NCBI GenBank assembly: GCA_036381155.1
Contig: DASVDJ010000074.1
Span: 10,111-74,110 of the forward strand
Source of the DNA: Vicinamibacterales bacterium
GTDB lineage: Bacteria > Acidobacteriota > Vicinamibacteria > Vicinamibacterales > JAENWD01
Direction of reading: 5' to 3'
DNA: 64,000 nucleotides
A program made the position numbers and the translations under genes. The notes below the pieces were generated by a model. That model searched no databases. It worked only from the letters and a program-made list of their open reading frames with translations, and was not told the DNA's origin. Positions 14,844-24,374 of the stretch are shown piece by piece (the stretch's first letter is position 1; each line of letters starts with the position of its first letter).

Positions 14844-17294
14844 ATGAGCGTCATGACCGACTTCCGCTACGCGCTGCGGTCGCTGGCCCGCGTGAAGGGC
14901 CTCGCACTCACCGTCATCGTCACGCTCGCGCTGGGGATCGGCGCCAATGCCGCCATCTTCAGCGTCGTCCGTGGCGTCCTGCTCAGGCCGCTCGCCAACG
15001 ACGATGAGGAACGGCTGATCTACATCCGGCAGACGGCGCGGGGGATCGGGGCGGAGAACGCGGCGTTCTCGGTCCCGGAGATCGAGGACCTGCGCGCGCG
15101 CACGAAGTCCTTCACGGCGTTCGGCGACTTCTCGACCATCGACTTCACGATGGTCGGCCTTGGCGAGCCGCGGGTCGTCCGCGCCGGCGTGGTGGGGGGC
15201 TCCTACTTCCAGGTCATGGGGCTCCGGCCGGTGCGGGGCCGCCTGCTCGGCCCGGCTGACGATGGGCCGAACGCCGCCGGGGCGGTGGTGCTGACGCACC
15301 GCTTCTGGACCACGGCGCTCGCCGGCGACGAGTCGGTCATCGGCCGCGTCATCCGGCTTGGCGACCGGTCGGCGACGGTGGTCGGCGTCGTCGAGCCATC
15401 GGTGCCGTATCCGGCGGAGACCGAGATCATCGCCAACGTCGTGACGAGCCCGCACCACCTCGACGCGACGATGGTGCACGGCCGGGTGCACCGGATGACG
15501 GAGCTGTTCGGCCGGCTCGCGCCGGGCGCGACCCTGGAGTCGGCGATCGCCGAGCTGCGGACGGTGCACCGCAGCATCGTCAACGAGCATCCGGAGGCCT
15601 ATCCCGCCAGCGCCGACTTCCAGATCGAGGCCCGGCGGCTTCGCGATCAGATCACGGCGCCGGCGCGGACCGTGCTGCTGGTGCTGCTCGCGGCATCGGC
15701 GCTGGTGTTCATCATCGCGTGCTCGAACGTCGCCAACCTGATCCTGGCCCGCACGGTCCGGCGCGAAGGGGAGCTCGCGCTGCGCGCCGCGCTCGGCGCC
15801 GGCACCGGCGCGCTGCGCCGCACGCTGCTGGCCGAGAGCCTCGTCCTGTGCGGGGCGGGCGCGCTGCTCGGGGTGCTGCTCGCGCGGCCGATGGTCGCGG
15901 TGCTGGCGCAGTACGCGTCACGGTTCTCCGTGCGGGCGCTCGACGTCACCGTGGACGCGACGCTGCTGTGGGTCGGCGTCACGCTGGCGCTCGTCGCAGC
16001 CGTGCTGCTGGCCTACGTGCCGCGGCTGCCGTCGGCGGAGTCGTCGACGGGACTCGGCCTGGCGGGCGGCAGCGTCCGCCTGACGTCGGGCACGAGTCGC
16101 CGGCTCCGGGCCTTCGCCGTCACGCAGATCGCGGCCTCGTTCGTCCTGCTCGCCGGAGCCGGGATGCTCCTGACGACGCTGCTGGCGCTGCAGGGGACAC
16201 AGACGGGGTTCGACACGCGGAACGTGCTGGCCCTGAACGTGCCGATCGTCTCGTACTCGCGTCCGCCGGAGGAGATCTCGGCGTTTTACAACGAGGTGCT
16301 GCGCCGGATCAGCGAGCTGCCGGGCGTCGAGCGGGTCGCCGTCGGCACGATCGTGCCCTGGCGCGACGCCGGCACCTTCGGGCCGGGATTCCAGTTCACC
16401 GCCGAAGGCTACGCGCGGGCGTCGGGTGAAGAGGATCCGCGCGCCCGCTTCCGGACGATCTCGCCCGGCTTCTTCGACGCGCTCGGCGTGCCGCTGCTGG
16501 AGGGGCGCGACTTCACGGCCGCGGATCGCCGTGACAGCGAGAAGGTGGTCATCATCAGCCAGAGCCTGGCGCAGCGGATGTTCCCGCAGGGGCAGGCCGT
16601 CAACCGCCGGCTGATGTGGACCGACCCGGTCATGCAGTTCATCGACGTCAGCACGGAGCCGCGCCGGATCGTCGGCGTGGTGCCGGACGTCGACGACGAG
16701 AACATCGTGCCGGGGCCGGCGATGACGGTCTATCACCCGTTCGAGCAGGAGATCGGCGGCGGCCGGCTGTTCGTGCACGCGCGGACCGATCCGTACGCGC
16801 TCGTGCAGCCGATCACGCGCATCATCCGCGAGCTCGCCGCCGACCAGCCGGTCGAGGGGGCGGCCACGCTCGAGGACATCCGCGCCGAGGTGCTCGCTCC
16901 CGATCGACTCAACGCCCTGGTCTTCAGCGTGTTCGCCGGCGTCGCGCTCCTCATCGCGGTCGTCGGGGTGGCCGGAGTGCTCGCGTTCTCGGTGAGCGCA
17001 AGGACCCGGGAGTTCGGCATCCGGCTGGCCATCGGCTCGGCGCCGAGCCACCTGCTCGGCCGGGTGCTCGGCGAAGGGGCGCTCATCGCGACCATCGGGA
17101 TCGCGGCGGGGGCGGTCGGCGGGCTGGCGCTCGCCCGTCTGCTGGGCGCCTGGGTGACCGAGATCCGCTATCCGGGGGCGGGACCGATTCTCGGCGCCGC
17201 GCTGTTGCTGGTGGCCGCTGCCGTGCTGGCGTCCCTGATGCCGGCCGCGCGCGCGTCGCGCGTGGACGTCATGCAGGCGCTCAGGACGGAGTGA
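14844..17294 (+). CDS. ADOP-family duplicated MacB-like ABC permease
   Basis: 816 aa with two FtsX/MacB halves and a characteristic N-terminus (FRYALRSLARVKGLALTVIVTLALGIGANAAIFSVV). No ATPase or PadR gene is adjacent. Confidence 0.85.
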   Translation: MSVMTDFRYALRSLARVKGLALTVIVTLALGIGANAAIFSVVRGVLLRPLANDDEERLIYIRQTARGIGAENAAFSVPEIEDLRARTKSFTAFGDFSTIDFTMVGLGEPRVVRAGVVGGSYFQVMGLRPVRGRLLGPADDGPNAAGAVVLTHRFWTTALAGDESVIGRVIRLGDRSATVVGVVEPSVPYPAETEIIANVVTSPHHLDATMVHGRVHRMTELFGRLAPGATLESAIAELRTVHRSIVNEHPEAYPASADFQIEARRLRDQITAPARTVLLVLLAASALVFIIACSNVANLILARTVRREGELALRAALGAGTGALRRTLLAESLVLCGAGALLGVLLARPMVAVLAQYASRFSVRALDVTVDATLLWVGVTLALVAAVLLAYVPRLPSAESSTGLGLAGGSVRLTSGTSRRLRAFAVTQIAASFVLLAGAGMLLTTLLALQGTQTGFDTRNVLALNVPIVSYSRPPEEISAFYNEVLRRISELPGVERVAVGTIVPWRDAGTFGPGFQFTAEGYARASGEEDPRARFRTISPGFFDALGVPLLEGRDFTAADRRDSEKVVIISQSLAQRMFPQGQAVNRRLMWTDPVMQFIDVSTEPRRIVGVVPDVDDENIVPGPAMTVYHPFEQEIGGGRLFVHARTDPYALVQPITRIIRELAADQPVEGAATLEDIRAEVLAPDRLNALVFSVFAGVALLIAVVGVAGVLAFSVSARTREFGIRLAIGSAPSHLLGRVLGEGALIATIGIAAGAVGGLALARLLGAWVTEIRYPGAGPILGAALLLVAAAVLASLMPAARASRVDVMQALRTE

Positions 17295-17302
17295 CGGCAG
17301 AA

Positions 17303-17336
17303 GCGGGAAGCGGGAAACCGGAAACGGGAAGGGCGC
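17303..17336. repeat. GGGAAGCGGGAAAC...CGGGAAGGGCGC element, copy 2
   Basis: GCGGGAAGCGGGAAACCGGAAACGGGAAGGGCGC lies 9 nt after the ADOP stop codon. It matches 1603-1635. Confidence 0.7.
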
Positions 17337-17378
17337 CTGGCGGACCTGGATTATGGGAGTCCGCCAGGCGCCGCCCAC

Positions 17379-17510
17379 GATCCGCGCGGCCGGGGCGGGA
17401 CCCGATCCGACCTGATCGGACGCCGCGCCGCCCACGATCCCCGCCGCGCGGCGGGACCTGATCAGGCCCGATCCACCTGATCAGACCCGATCAGACCCGA
17501 GTCAGTCTGA
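17379..17510. repeat. GATC-rich ~10-bp array (GATCAGACCC type, reverse orientation of the 3835 family)
   Basis: Eight GATC sites lie in 132 bp (17379, 17404, 17414, 17436, 17460, 17470, 17479, 17489). The array ends in GATCAGACCC GATCAGACCC GAGTCAGTCT. Confidence 0.75.
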
Positions 17511-17516
17511 TACATT
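17508..17516 (+). promoter_or_regulatory. extended -10 box TGATACATT, 8 nt upstream of ATG 17525 (leaderless-type)
   Basis: The sequence reads CTGATACATT-tccccgcc-ATG. There is no Shine-Dalgarno. Confidence 0.45.
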
Positions 17517-17524
17517 TCCCCGCC

Positions 17525-19300
17525 ATGCTGCTGACCTCCCTCGACTGGGCGATCGTCGTCGCCTCGATTGCCGTCTCGTTCGTTCCGGCGCTCCTGCTGG
17601 CCCGCCGGGCGGGGCGGAGCACCGCGGAGTTCTTCACGTCAGGTCGGGCGGCCCCCTGGTGGCTCGTCGGCATCTCGCTGGTCGCGACCACCTTCAGCAC
17701 CGACACGCCGAACCTGGTCGCCAACCTGGTGCGGGAGGGAGGCGTCGCCGGCAACTGGGCGTGGTGGGCGTTCCTGCTCACCGGCATGACGACGGTGTTC
17801 TTCTACGCCCGGCTGTGGCGGCGCCTGGGCGTGCTGACGGACCTCGAGTTCTACGAGCTGCGCTACTCGGGCCGTCCGGCGACCCTGGTGCGCGGCTTCC
17901 GCGCCGTCTACCTGGGGCTCCTCTTCAACTGCGTGATCATGGCGTCGGTCAACCTGGCCGCGGCCAAGATCGCCAACGTGCTCCTCGGCTGGCCCATGGG
18001 GCAGACGCTGCTGGTCTGCTCCGTGCTGAACGTGGCCTTCGCCGCGGTGTCGGGGCTCTGGGGCGTCATGGTCACCGACATGATCCAGTTCGGCATCGCG
18101 ATGACCGGGTCGCTCGCGGCGGCCTACTTCGCGCTGAAACAGCCGCAGGTCGGCGGCCTGGACGGGCTGTTCTCGCAGATCGACCCGAGCGTCCTGCGCC
18201 TCGTGCCCGATCCGTCCGACTGGGGCACGTTCGTGACCGTGCTGCTCATCCCGCTCACCGTGCAGTGGTGGTCCGTCTGGTATCCGGGGGCCGAGCCGGG
18301 CGGCGGCAGCTACGTCGCGCAGCGCATGCTGGCGTCGCGCAGCGAGCGCGACGCGGTCGCGGGCACGCTGCTGTTCAACGCCGCGCACTACGCGCTGCGC
18401 CCCTGGCCGTGGATCATCGTCGCGCTGGCGTCGATGCTCGTCTACCCGACGCTCGACGACATCGGCCGCGCGCTGCCGCACGTGGATCCGGGCCTCATCG
18501 GGCACGACATGGCGTACCCGGCGATGCTGCGGTTCCTCCCTGCGGGCTTCCTCGGCCTGATGATCGCCGGGCTGCTCGCCGCGTACGTCTCGACCATCTC
18601 GACGCACCTCAACTGGGGCACGAGCTACGTCGTCCACGACCTCTACCGGCGGTTCCTGCGGCCGGGCGAGAGCGAGCGCCACTACGTGTTCGTCGGCCGG
18701 GTGGTCACGGCGCTGCTCATGCTGGTCGCCGCGCTCCTCACGCTCGTGCTCGAGACGGCGCGGGCCAGCTTCGATCTGATGCTGTCGGTCGGAGCGGGCA
18801 CCGGTCTGATTTACCTGCTGCGGTGGTTCTGGTGGCGTGTCAACGCGTGGTCGGAGATCGCGGCGATGATCAGCTCGTTCCTGGTCGCGGCGGCCTTCTT
18901 CATTGCCGGACGACAGGGAGCGGTCGTTCCGTCGCACGTCTCGCTGCTGATCACGATCGCCGTCACCTCGGTCGTGTGGCTCACGGCGACGTTCCTCACG
19001 CGCCCGACCGACGAGCAGACGCTCCTGCGGTTCTACGAGCGCGTGCGTCCCGCCGGGCCCGGATGGCGGCCCATCGCCGCGAAGGCGTCGACCGGGGCGT
19101 CCACCGACTCGCTCGGCGCGCAGCTGGCGGCCAGCGTCGCCGGATGCGCCGCGATCTACGGCGCGCTGTTCGGGACCGGCGCGATCCTCTACGGGCAGAC
19201 CGGTCCGGCCATCGTGTACGTCGGCACGTCGCTCGCCGGCATCGCCGTGCTGATCCGGCTGATGCCGCGCGTGCTGGCGGCGGAGGCGCCGCGTGACTGA
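17525..19300 (+). CDS. sodium:solute symporter family (SSS) transporter
   Basis: 591 aa and polytopic, with an SSS-type N-terminus (DWAIVVASIAVSFVPALLLARRAG.STAEFFTSGR). Confidence 0.8.
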   Translation: MLLTSLDWAIVVASIAVSFVPALLLARRAGRSTAEFFTSGRAAPWWLVGISLVATTFSTDTPNLVANLVREGGVAGNWAWWAFLLTGMTTVFFYARLWRRLGVLTDLEFYELRYSGRPATLVRGFRAVYLGLLFNCVIMASVNLAAAKIANVLLGWPMGQTLLVCSVLNVAFAAVSGLWGVMVTDMIQFGIAMTGSLAAAYFALKQPQVGGLDGLFSQIDPSVLRLVPDPSDWGTFVTVLLIPLTVQWWSVWYPGAEPGGGSYVAQRMLASRSERDAVAGTLLFNAAHYALRPWPWIIVALASMLVYPTLDDIGRALPHVDPGLIGHDMAYPAMLRFLPAGFLGLMIAGLLAAYVSTISTHLNWGTSYVVHDLYRRFLRPGESERHYVFVGRVVTALLMLVAALLTLVLETARASFDLMLSVGAGTGLIYLLRWFWWRVNAWSEIAAMISSFLVAAAFFIAGRQGAVVPSHVSLLITIAVTSVVWLTATFLTRPTDEQTLLRFYERVRPAGPGWRPIAAKASTGASTDSLGAQLAASVAGCAAIYGALFGTGAILYGQTGPAIVYVGTSLAGIAVLIRLMPRVLAAEAPRD

Positions 19301-20108
19301 TCGGGCCGTCATCCTGGCGCGCGGGCTCGGCACCCGCATGCGCCGCGCGGATGCGCGCGCGGAGCTCGACCCGAGGCAGAAGGCGCTCGCCGACGCCGGC
19401 ATGAAGGCGCTGATCCCGGTCGGGGCCGGCCGTCCGTTCCTCGACTACGTCCTCGACACGCTGGCCAGCGCCGGGCTGACACGCATCTGTCTCGTGGTCG
19501 CACCGGATCACGACCTGCTGCGGCGCCGCTATCGGGAGGAGGTGGCGCTGGAACGCATCGCGATCGACTTCGCGGTCCAGCCCGAGCCGCGCGGGACCGC
19601 CGACGCCGTGCTGGCCGCCGAGGCGTGGACCGCCGGGGAGCCGTTCGTCGTCCTCAACAGCGACAACGATTACCCGGTGGACGCGTTGCGCGCGCTGGCG
19701 ACGCTGGACACGCCGGGCGTGATCGCGTTCGGCCGGGCAGGGCTCCTCAGCACGGGGCAGATCTCCCCCGAGCGCATCGCGGCGTATGCGCTGCTCGATC
19801 TCCACGACGGTCGTCTCGTGCGCATCGTCGAGAAGCCCGACGCCGCGACGCTGGCCGCAACGGGACCGGATGCGCGCGTGAGCATGAACTGCTGGCGCTT
19901 CGACCAGCGCGTGTTCGAGGCGTGCCGCCGTGTGCCGTTGTCACCGCGCGGCGAGCTCGAGCTGCCGCAGGCCGTGCAGCTCGCGCTGCGTGAAGGGCTC
20001 TTCGAGGTGGCGGCCGTGCTCTCCGACGAGCCGGTGCTCGACCTGTCGAGCCGCGCCGACATCGGCGTCGTCGCCCGGCTCGTCGAAGGACGGAGCGTCC
20101 GGCTCTGA
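19293..20108 (+). CDS. sugar-1-phosphate nucleotidylyltransferase
   Basis: The NTP-transferase P-loop (ILARGLGTRM) and KALIPV motif are present. GTG 19293 overlaps the symporter 3' end by 8 nt. Confidence 0.75.
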   Translation: MTDRAVILARGLGTRMRRADARAELDPRQKALADAGMKALIPVGAGRPFLDYVLDTLASAGLTRICLVVAPDHDLLRRRYREEVALERIAIDFAVQPEPRGTADAVLAAEAWTAGEPFVVLNSDNDYPVDALRALATLDTPGVIAFGRAGLLSTGQISPERIAAYALLDLHDGRLVRIVEKPDAATLAATGPDARVSMNCWRFDQRVFEACRRVPLSPRGELELPQAVQLALREGLFEVAAVLSDEPVLDLSSRADIGVVARLVEGRSVRL

Positions 20109-21439
20109 TGCGGGCGGCGGACATCAGCGCGCGCCTCTCGCCGGGCGCGCGCCACGTGTTCGAGACGTCGATGGGCCGGGCAGAGGCCGCGCTCGCGTCG
20201 CTGGGCGTCGGCGCCGAGGCGTATCGGTTCGTGCCGGGCCGCATCGAGGTCCTCGGCAAGCACACCGACTACGCCGGCGGGCGCAGCTTCACCTGCGCCG
20301 CCGAGCGCGGGTTCGCGGTCGTCTTCTCCGGGTCCGACACGCCGCAGCTCCGGATCGTCGACGCGCGCGACGGCCGCAACGCGACCATTCCGCTCCTTCC
20401 GGAAATCGAGCCGGCGGTGGGGCACTGGACCAATTACCCGATGACCGTCGCCCGGCGGCTGGCGCGCGACTTCGGGCCGCTGCGCCGCGGGGTCGACCTG
20501 GCCTTCTGCAGCACGCTGCCGAAGTCGGCCGGGCTGAGCACGTCGAGCGCGCTCATCACGGCCGTGTTCCTGGCGTTGTCGGAGGCGAACGACCTGCCGG
20601 CCCACCCGACGTTCCGGGACGCGGTGCCGTCGCCAGAGGCACTGGCCGGCTACCTGGGATCGATCGAGAACGGCGCGCCGTTCGGTCCGCTGAGCGGCGA
20701 CCGCGGCGTCGGCACGACCGGCGGCAGTGAGGACCACACGGCCATCCTCCTGAGCCGCGCCGGGCACCTCACGTGCTACCGCTATACCCCGGTGACCGCG
20801 CTCATGCGGGTCGAGCTGCCCGGTCACCTGACATTCGTCGTCGTGGCGAGCGGCATCGCGGCGGAGAAGACCGGCACGGCCCGCGAGCGATACAACCGCG
20901 GGGCCGAGCTCGTGTCCGACCTCGTGCACCTCTGGAACGGCGCGAGCGGCCGGAGTGATCGGACGCTGCACGACGCGCTCACGTCCGCGCCCGATGCGCT
21001 CGCACGCCTGCGCGCGCTGGTCACGTCGGTCACGGATTCGGGGCGGCGCGACGCGCTCGCGCGTCGTCTGGAGCACTACGTGCTCGAGGAGCAGCAGCTG
21101 CTTCCCGCTGCGCTGGCCGCGCTCGACGCCGGGCGGATCGAGACGTTCGGCGTGCTCGTCGATCGATCGCAGCGGGCTGCCGAAGATCTGCTGGGCAATC
21201 AGGTGCCCGAGACCGTCACGCTGGCACGGCTGGCGCGCGAGCTCGGCGCGCATGCCGCCTCCGCATTCGGGGCCGGATTCGGCGGCAGCGTCTGGGCGCT
21301 GGTGGACGCAGACTCTGCCGGGACGTTCCTGGACACCTGGCTCGAGCGCTACGCCCGTGCGCACCCCGGCGCCGCGCCGCACGCGTCCGGCTTCGTCACC
21401 CGCCCCGGGCCGGGCGCGCTGACGAGGGACCGCGCCTAG
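20108..21439 (+). CDS. GHMP-family sugar kinase (galactokinase-like)
   Basis: A GalK-like motif (PGRIEVLGKHTDYAGG) and GHMP motif II (LPKSAGLSTSSAL) are present. The ATG overlaps the upstream TGA (TGATG). Confidence 0.75.
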   Translation: MRAADISARLSPGARHVFETSMGRAEAALASLGVGAEAYRFVPGRIEVLGKHTDYAGGRSFTCAAERGFAVVFSGSDTPQLRIVDARDGRNATIPLLPEIEPAVGHWTNYPMTVARRLARDFGPLRRGVDLAFCSTLPKSAGLSTSSALITAVFLALSEANDLPAHPTFRDAVPSPEALAGYLGSIENGAPFGPLSGDRGVGTTGGSEDHTAILLSRAGHLTCYRYTPVTALMRVELPGHLTFVVVASGIAAEKTGTARERYNRGAELVSDLVHLWNGASGRSDRTLHDALTSAPDALARLRALVTSVTDSGRRDALARRLEHYVLEEQQLLPAALAALDAGRIETFGVLVDRSQRAAEDLLGNQVPETVTLARLARELGAHAASAFGAGFGGSVWALVDADSAGTFLDTWLERYARAHPGAAPHASGFVTRPGPGALTRDRA

Positions 21440-21459
21440 ACCATCAACGCCGCAGACGC

Positions 21460-21481
21460 GGGCCACGTCATCCCGTGGCCC
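21460..21481 (+). terminator. hairpin GGGCCACG-tcatcc-CGTGGCCC
   Basis: 8-bp perfect stem 20 nt after the kinase stop codon. There is no clear U-tract. Confidence 0.4.
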
Positions 21482-21706
21482 GCCGTCTCGGGTCGCGGGG
21501 CTCGCTCCGCGTCCAGCGCCGGCGCGAACCTGCAGCGCGCCGGCTCCGAGCTCATCCCACCTCAGCATCCCCCACGGCGCTGGAACGCCTCTTGATGCAT
21601 CCGCACGCCTGCAGTCGCGAGTCGACTGGACCGCAGACGTTCGCGCCGGGCCCGAGCGTCCGGGGCCGGCTTGCGGGTGCAGGGGAGCAGCAGGAGGGCG
21701 AAACCC

Positions 21707-23272
21707 ATGGCCAACGCGCGCGTGGACACGATGCAGCTCGTTCACACCTACCCGCACGATCGGACCGCGATGGAGCGGCTCCTCGACGTCGTCGAGCGGG
21801 TGGGGAACCGCGTGCCCCACCCGGTGGTGATCTTCGTGCTGCTCATCGGCCTGGTGATTCTGCTGTCCCACCTGTTCTACATGCTCGGCGCGAGCGTGAA
21901 CTACCAGCGGCTCAACCCGGACACCCATGCCCTCGAGGACGCGACGGCGAGCGTCCGCAGCCTGCTGACGGCCGACGGCATCCGGTTCATGTACGAAGGC
22001 GCCGTCGCGAACTTCATGAGCTTCACGGCCGTGGGCGTGATCATCATCGCCATGCTGGGCGTGGGGGTCGCCGAAGCGTCGGGGCTGATCAAGGCGCTCA
22101 TCCGGAAGCTCGTGCTGGTGGCGCCGCCGGCCGCGCTGACCTACATCCTCGTGTTCATCGGCGTGATCTCGAGCATCGCGGCCGACGCCGGATACCTCGT
22201 CCTGATTCCGCTGGCTGCGGCGGCCTACCTGAGCATCGGCCGCCATCCGCTCGCCGGCCTGGCGGCCTCGTTCGCGGGCGTGGCCGCCGTGTTCAGCGTC
22301 AACATCCTGATCAAGCCGCTCGACGGCATCCTGGTCGGCATCACCAACGACGCGATCGCGCTGATGAATCCGGGCCGGACGATCCCCCTGACGTCCAACT
22401 TCTGGTTCTCGCTCGCGTCGGTGTTCCTGATCACCGTCGTGGTCGCCTTCATCAGCGACCGCTTCATCGAGCCGCGGCTGGGGCCGTACCCCGGTGGGGT
22501 GGACGCGGATTCCGCGGGCGAGGTGACGGCCGAAGAGTCGCGCGGGCTGAAGTTCGCGTTCTGGGGGCTGATCGGCGTGCTGCTGTTCTTCGCGCTGCTG
22601 TCGCTGCCGCCCGGCGCGCCCCTCCGCAACGCGGACACGGGCTCGCTCATCGCGGACTCGCCGCTCATGAACGGCCTCATCGTCCTCATCGCCCTCGTGT
22701 TCCTCGTGATCGGCGCCGCGTACGGTTTCGGGGCGGGGACCATGCGCAGCAGCGTCGACGTCGTGAGCGCGATGGAGAAGGCCGTCGCGGGCCTGGGCGG
22801 CCTCATCTTCCTGCTGTTCGTGATCAGCCAGTTCAACGCGTTCTTCACGTACACCAACATGGCGACGCTGGCGGCCGTGAAGATGGGGGACACGCTCGAG
22901 GCCGCGGGGCTCGGCGCGCTGCCGCTGCTCGTGGGCTTCGTGTTCGTCGTCGGCGTGCTCGATCTGATCATGACCGGCGCGATCCCGAAATGGGCCATCT
23001 TCGCGCCGATCTTCGTGCCGCTGCTGATGCGGCTCGGCGTGGAGCCCGAAGCGGTGCTCGCGGCGTACCGCGTGGGCGATTCGCCGTTCAACGCGGTCTC
23101 GCCGCTGAACGCCTACTTCGCGCTGATCGTCTCGTTCGCGATGAAGTACCAGAAGGACGCGGGCGTGGGCACGGTCATCGCGCTGATGCTGCCGTACGTC
23201 ATCGTCCTCTTCATCATCTGGCCGCTCCTGCTGGCGCTGTGGCACGTGCTGGGGCTGCCATGGGGGTTCTGA
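21707..23272 (+). CDS. AbgT-family transporter (p-aminobenzoyl-glutamate/dipeptide-type)
   Basis: The AbgT N-terminal signature (ERLLDVVERVGNRVPHPVVIFVLL) and the ~520-aa polytopic length fit. ATG 21707 follows an AGGAGGG Shine-Dalgarno. Confidence 0.8.
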   Translation: MANARVDTMQLVHTYPHDRTAMERLLDVVERVGNRVPHPVVIFVLLIGLVILLSHLFYMLGASVNYQRLNPDTHALEDATASVRSLLTADGIRFMYEGAVANFMSFTAVGVIIIAMLGVGVAEASGLIKALIRKLVLVAPPAALTYILVFIGVISSIAADAGYLVLIPLAAAAYLSIGRHPLAGLAASFAGVAAVFSVNILIKPLDGILVGITNDAIALMNPGRTIPLTSNFWFSLASVFLITVVVAFISDRFIEPRLGPYPGGVDADSAGEVTAEESRGLKFAFWGLIGVLLFFALLSLPPGAPLRNADTGSLIADSPLMNGLIVLIALVFLVIGAAYGFGAGTMRSSVDVVSAMEKAVAGLGGLIFLLFVISQFNAFFTYTNMATLAAVKMGDTLEAAGLGALPLLVGFVFVVGVLDLIMTGAIPKWAIFAPIFVPLLMRLGVEPEAVLAAYRVGDSPFNAVSPLNAYFALIVSFAMKYQKDAGVGTVIALMLPYVIVLFIIWPLLLALWHVLGLPWGF

Positions 23273-23288
23273 GCTGGTCGAGGGCGGC

Positions 23289-24365
23289 GTGGCACCGGAT
23301 GTGCTGAGCTATGCCGCGGCGGCGGTTCTCACCGCGCTGGCCGTGTGTCTCCTGATTGTCGGCCGGTCCATCCTGCTGCCGTTCGTCATCGCCGTCTTCA
23401 TCTGGCACCTGATCAACGCGCTCGCCGCCGTCAGCCGGCGGCTGCGCATCGGCGAGGTTGCGCTGCCGGGGAGTGTCCGGCTGGCCGGCGCTGTCGCGCT
23501 GCTCGTGCTGCTCGTGTGGTGGGTGGCGGGGCTCGTCGCCGGGAACCTCGTGTGGTGGGTGGCGGGGCTCGTCGCCGGGAACATCGGGCACGTCCTGCAG
23601 GCGGCGCCCCTGTACGAGCAGAACCTGCGCAGGCTCGTGAACCGGGCCGGAAGCCTGCTCGGGTACGAGGAACTGCAGCACCTGCAGGTGCTGCTGCAGT
23701 CCCTCGACGTGACCGGTCTTCTGCGCACACTCGCGGCGACGGCGACGTACCTGATGGGGACGAGCGGCACCGTCGCGATCTTCGTGGTCTTCCTGCTGCT
23801 CGAGCAGCGGAGCTTCCGGAGCAAGATCGCGTCGCTGTTCCCCGACGCGGAGGGCCAGGCCCGCGCGTATCGCGTGCTGGAACAGGTCGGATCCGAAGTC
23901 CAGACGTATGTCTGGCTGAAGACCGTGATGAGCCTGATCGGCGCCGTTGCGAGCTACGTGGTCATGAAGCTGGTACGGCTCGATCTCGCCGAGTTCTGGG
24001 CGCTGCTGATCTTCGCGCTGAACTACATCCCCTACATCGGCGCCTGGCTCGGGGTGATCTTCCCGACGCTGCTGGCGGCGGCGCAGTTCGGCGATCCCGG
24101 GCGGGTCCTCGGCACCGCGGCGGCCCTCGCGGTCGTCCAGTTCACGACCGGCAGCATCCTGGAGCCCAGAGTCATGGGGCGCGGCCTCAACCTGAGTCCC
24201 GTGATCATGCTGCTGTCGCTGGCGTTCTGGGGCACGGTGTGGGGCGTCGTCGGCATGCTGCTCGCGGTGCCGCTGATGGTCGTCGTCATGATCGTCTGCG
24301 CGCACGTGGACTCGCTGCGGCCCGTCGCGGTGCTGCTGTCCGCCGACGGCAGGCCGGCGATCTGA
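23289..24365 (+). CDS. AI-2E family (PerM/YhhT-like) transporter
   Basis: ~355-aa polytopic protein with the AI-2E C-terminal pattern (LSPVIMLLSLAFWGTVWGVVGMLLAVPLMVVV). The start codon is uncertain. Confidence 0.75.
   Translation: MAPDVLSYAAAAVLTALAVCLLIVGRSILLPFVIAVFIWHLINALAAVSRRLRIGEVALPGSVRLAGAVALLVLLVWWVAGLVAGNLVWWVAGLVAGNIGHVLQAAPLYEQNLRRLVNRAGSLLGYEELQHLQVLLQSLDVTGLLRTLAATATYLMGTSGTVAIFVVFLLLEQRSFRSKIASLFPDAEGQARAYRVLEQVGSEVQTYVWLKTVMSLIGAVASYVVMKLVRLDLAEFWALLIFALNYIPYIGAWLGVIFPTLLAAAQFGDPGRVLGTAAALAVVQFTTGSILEPRVMGRGLNLSPVIMLLSLAFWGTVWGVVGMLLAVPLMVVVMIVCAHVDSLRPVAVLLSADGRPAI
23511..23582 (+). repeat. perfect 36-bp in-frame tandem duplication inside the AI-2E gene
   Basis: CTCGTGTGGTGGGTGGCGGGGCTCGTCGCCGGGAAC occurs twice back to back. 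This gives LVWWVAGLVAGN-LVWWVAGLVAGN. Confidence 0.95.
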
Positions 24366-24374
24366 GTGCCGCGC

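Noticed and set aside
19670-23245. 1191-aa minus-strand ORF, the longest in its region
   Set aside because: It lies antisense to four well-supported plus-strand genes (nucleotidyltransferase, GHMP kinase, AbgT). It is extremely rich in Arg/His/Asp/Glu and has no recognisable motifs. This is the typical stop-free antisense frame of high-GC DNA.
23290-23305. Sigma-54-like match TGGCAC-CGGAT-GTGCT at the AI-2E gene start
   Set aside because: The geometry is good, but the match overlaps the most plausible start codon (GTG 23289). It would force a truncated first helix and has no suitable downstream start. About one such match per window is expected by chance at this base composition.
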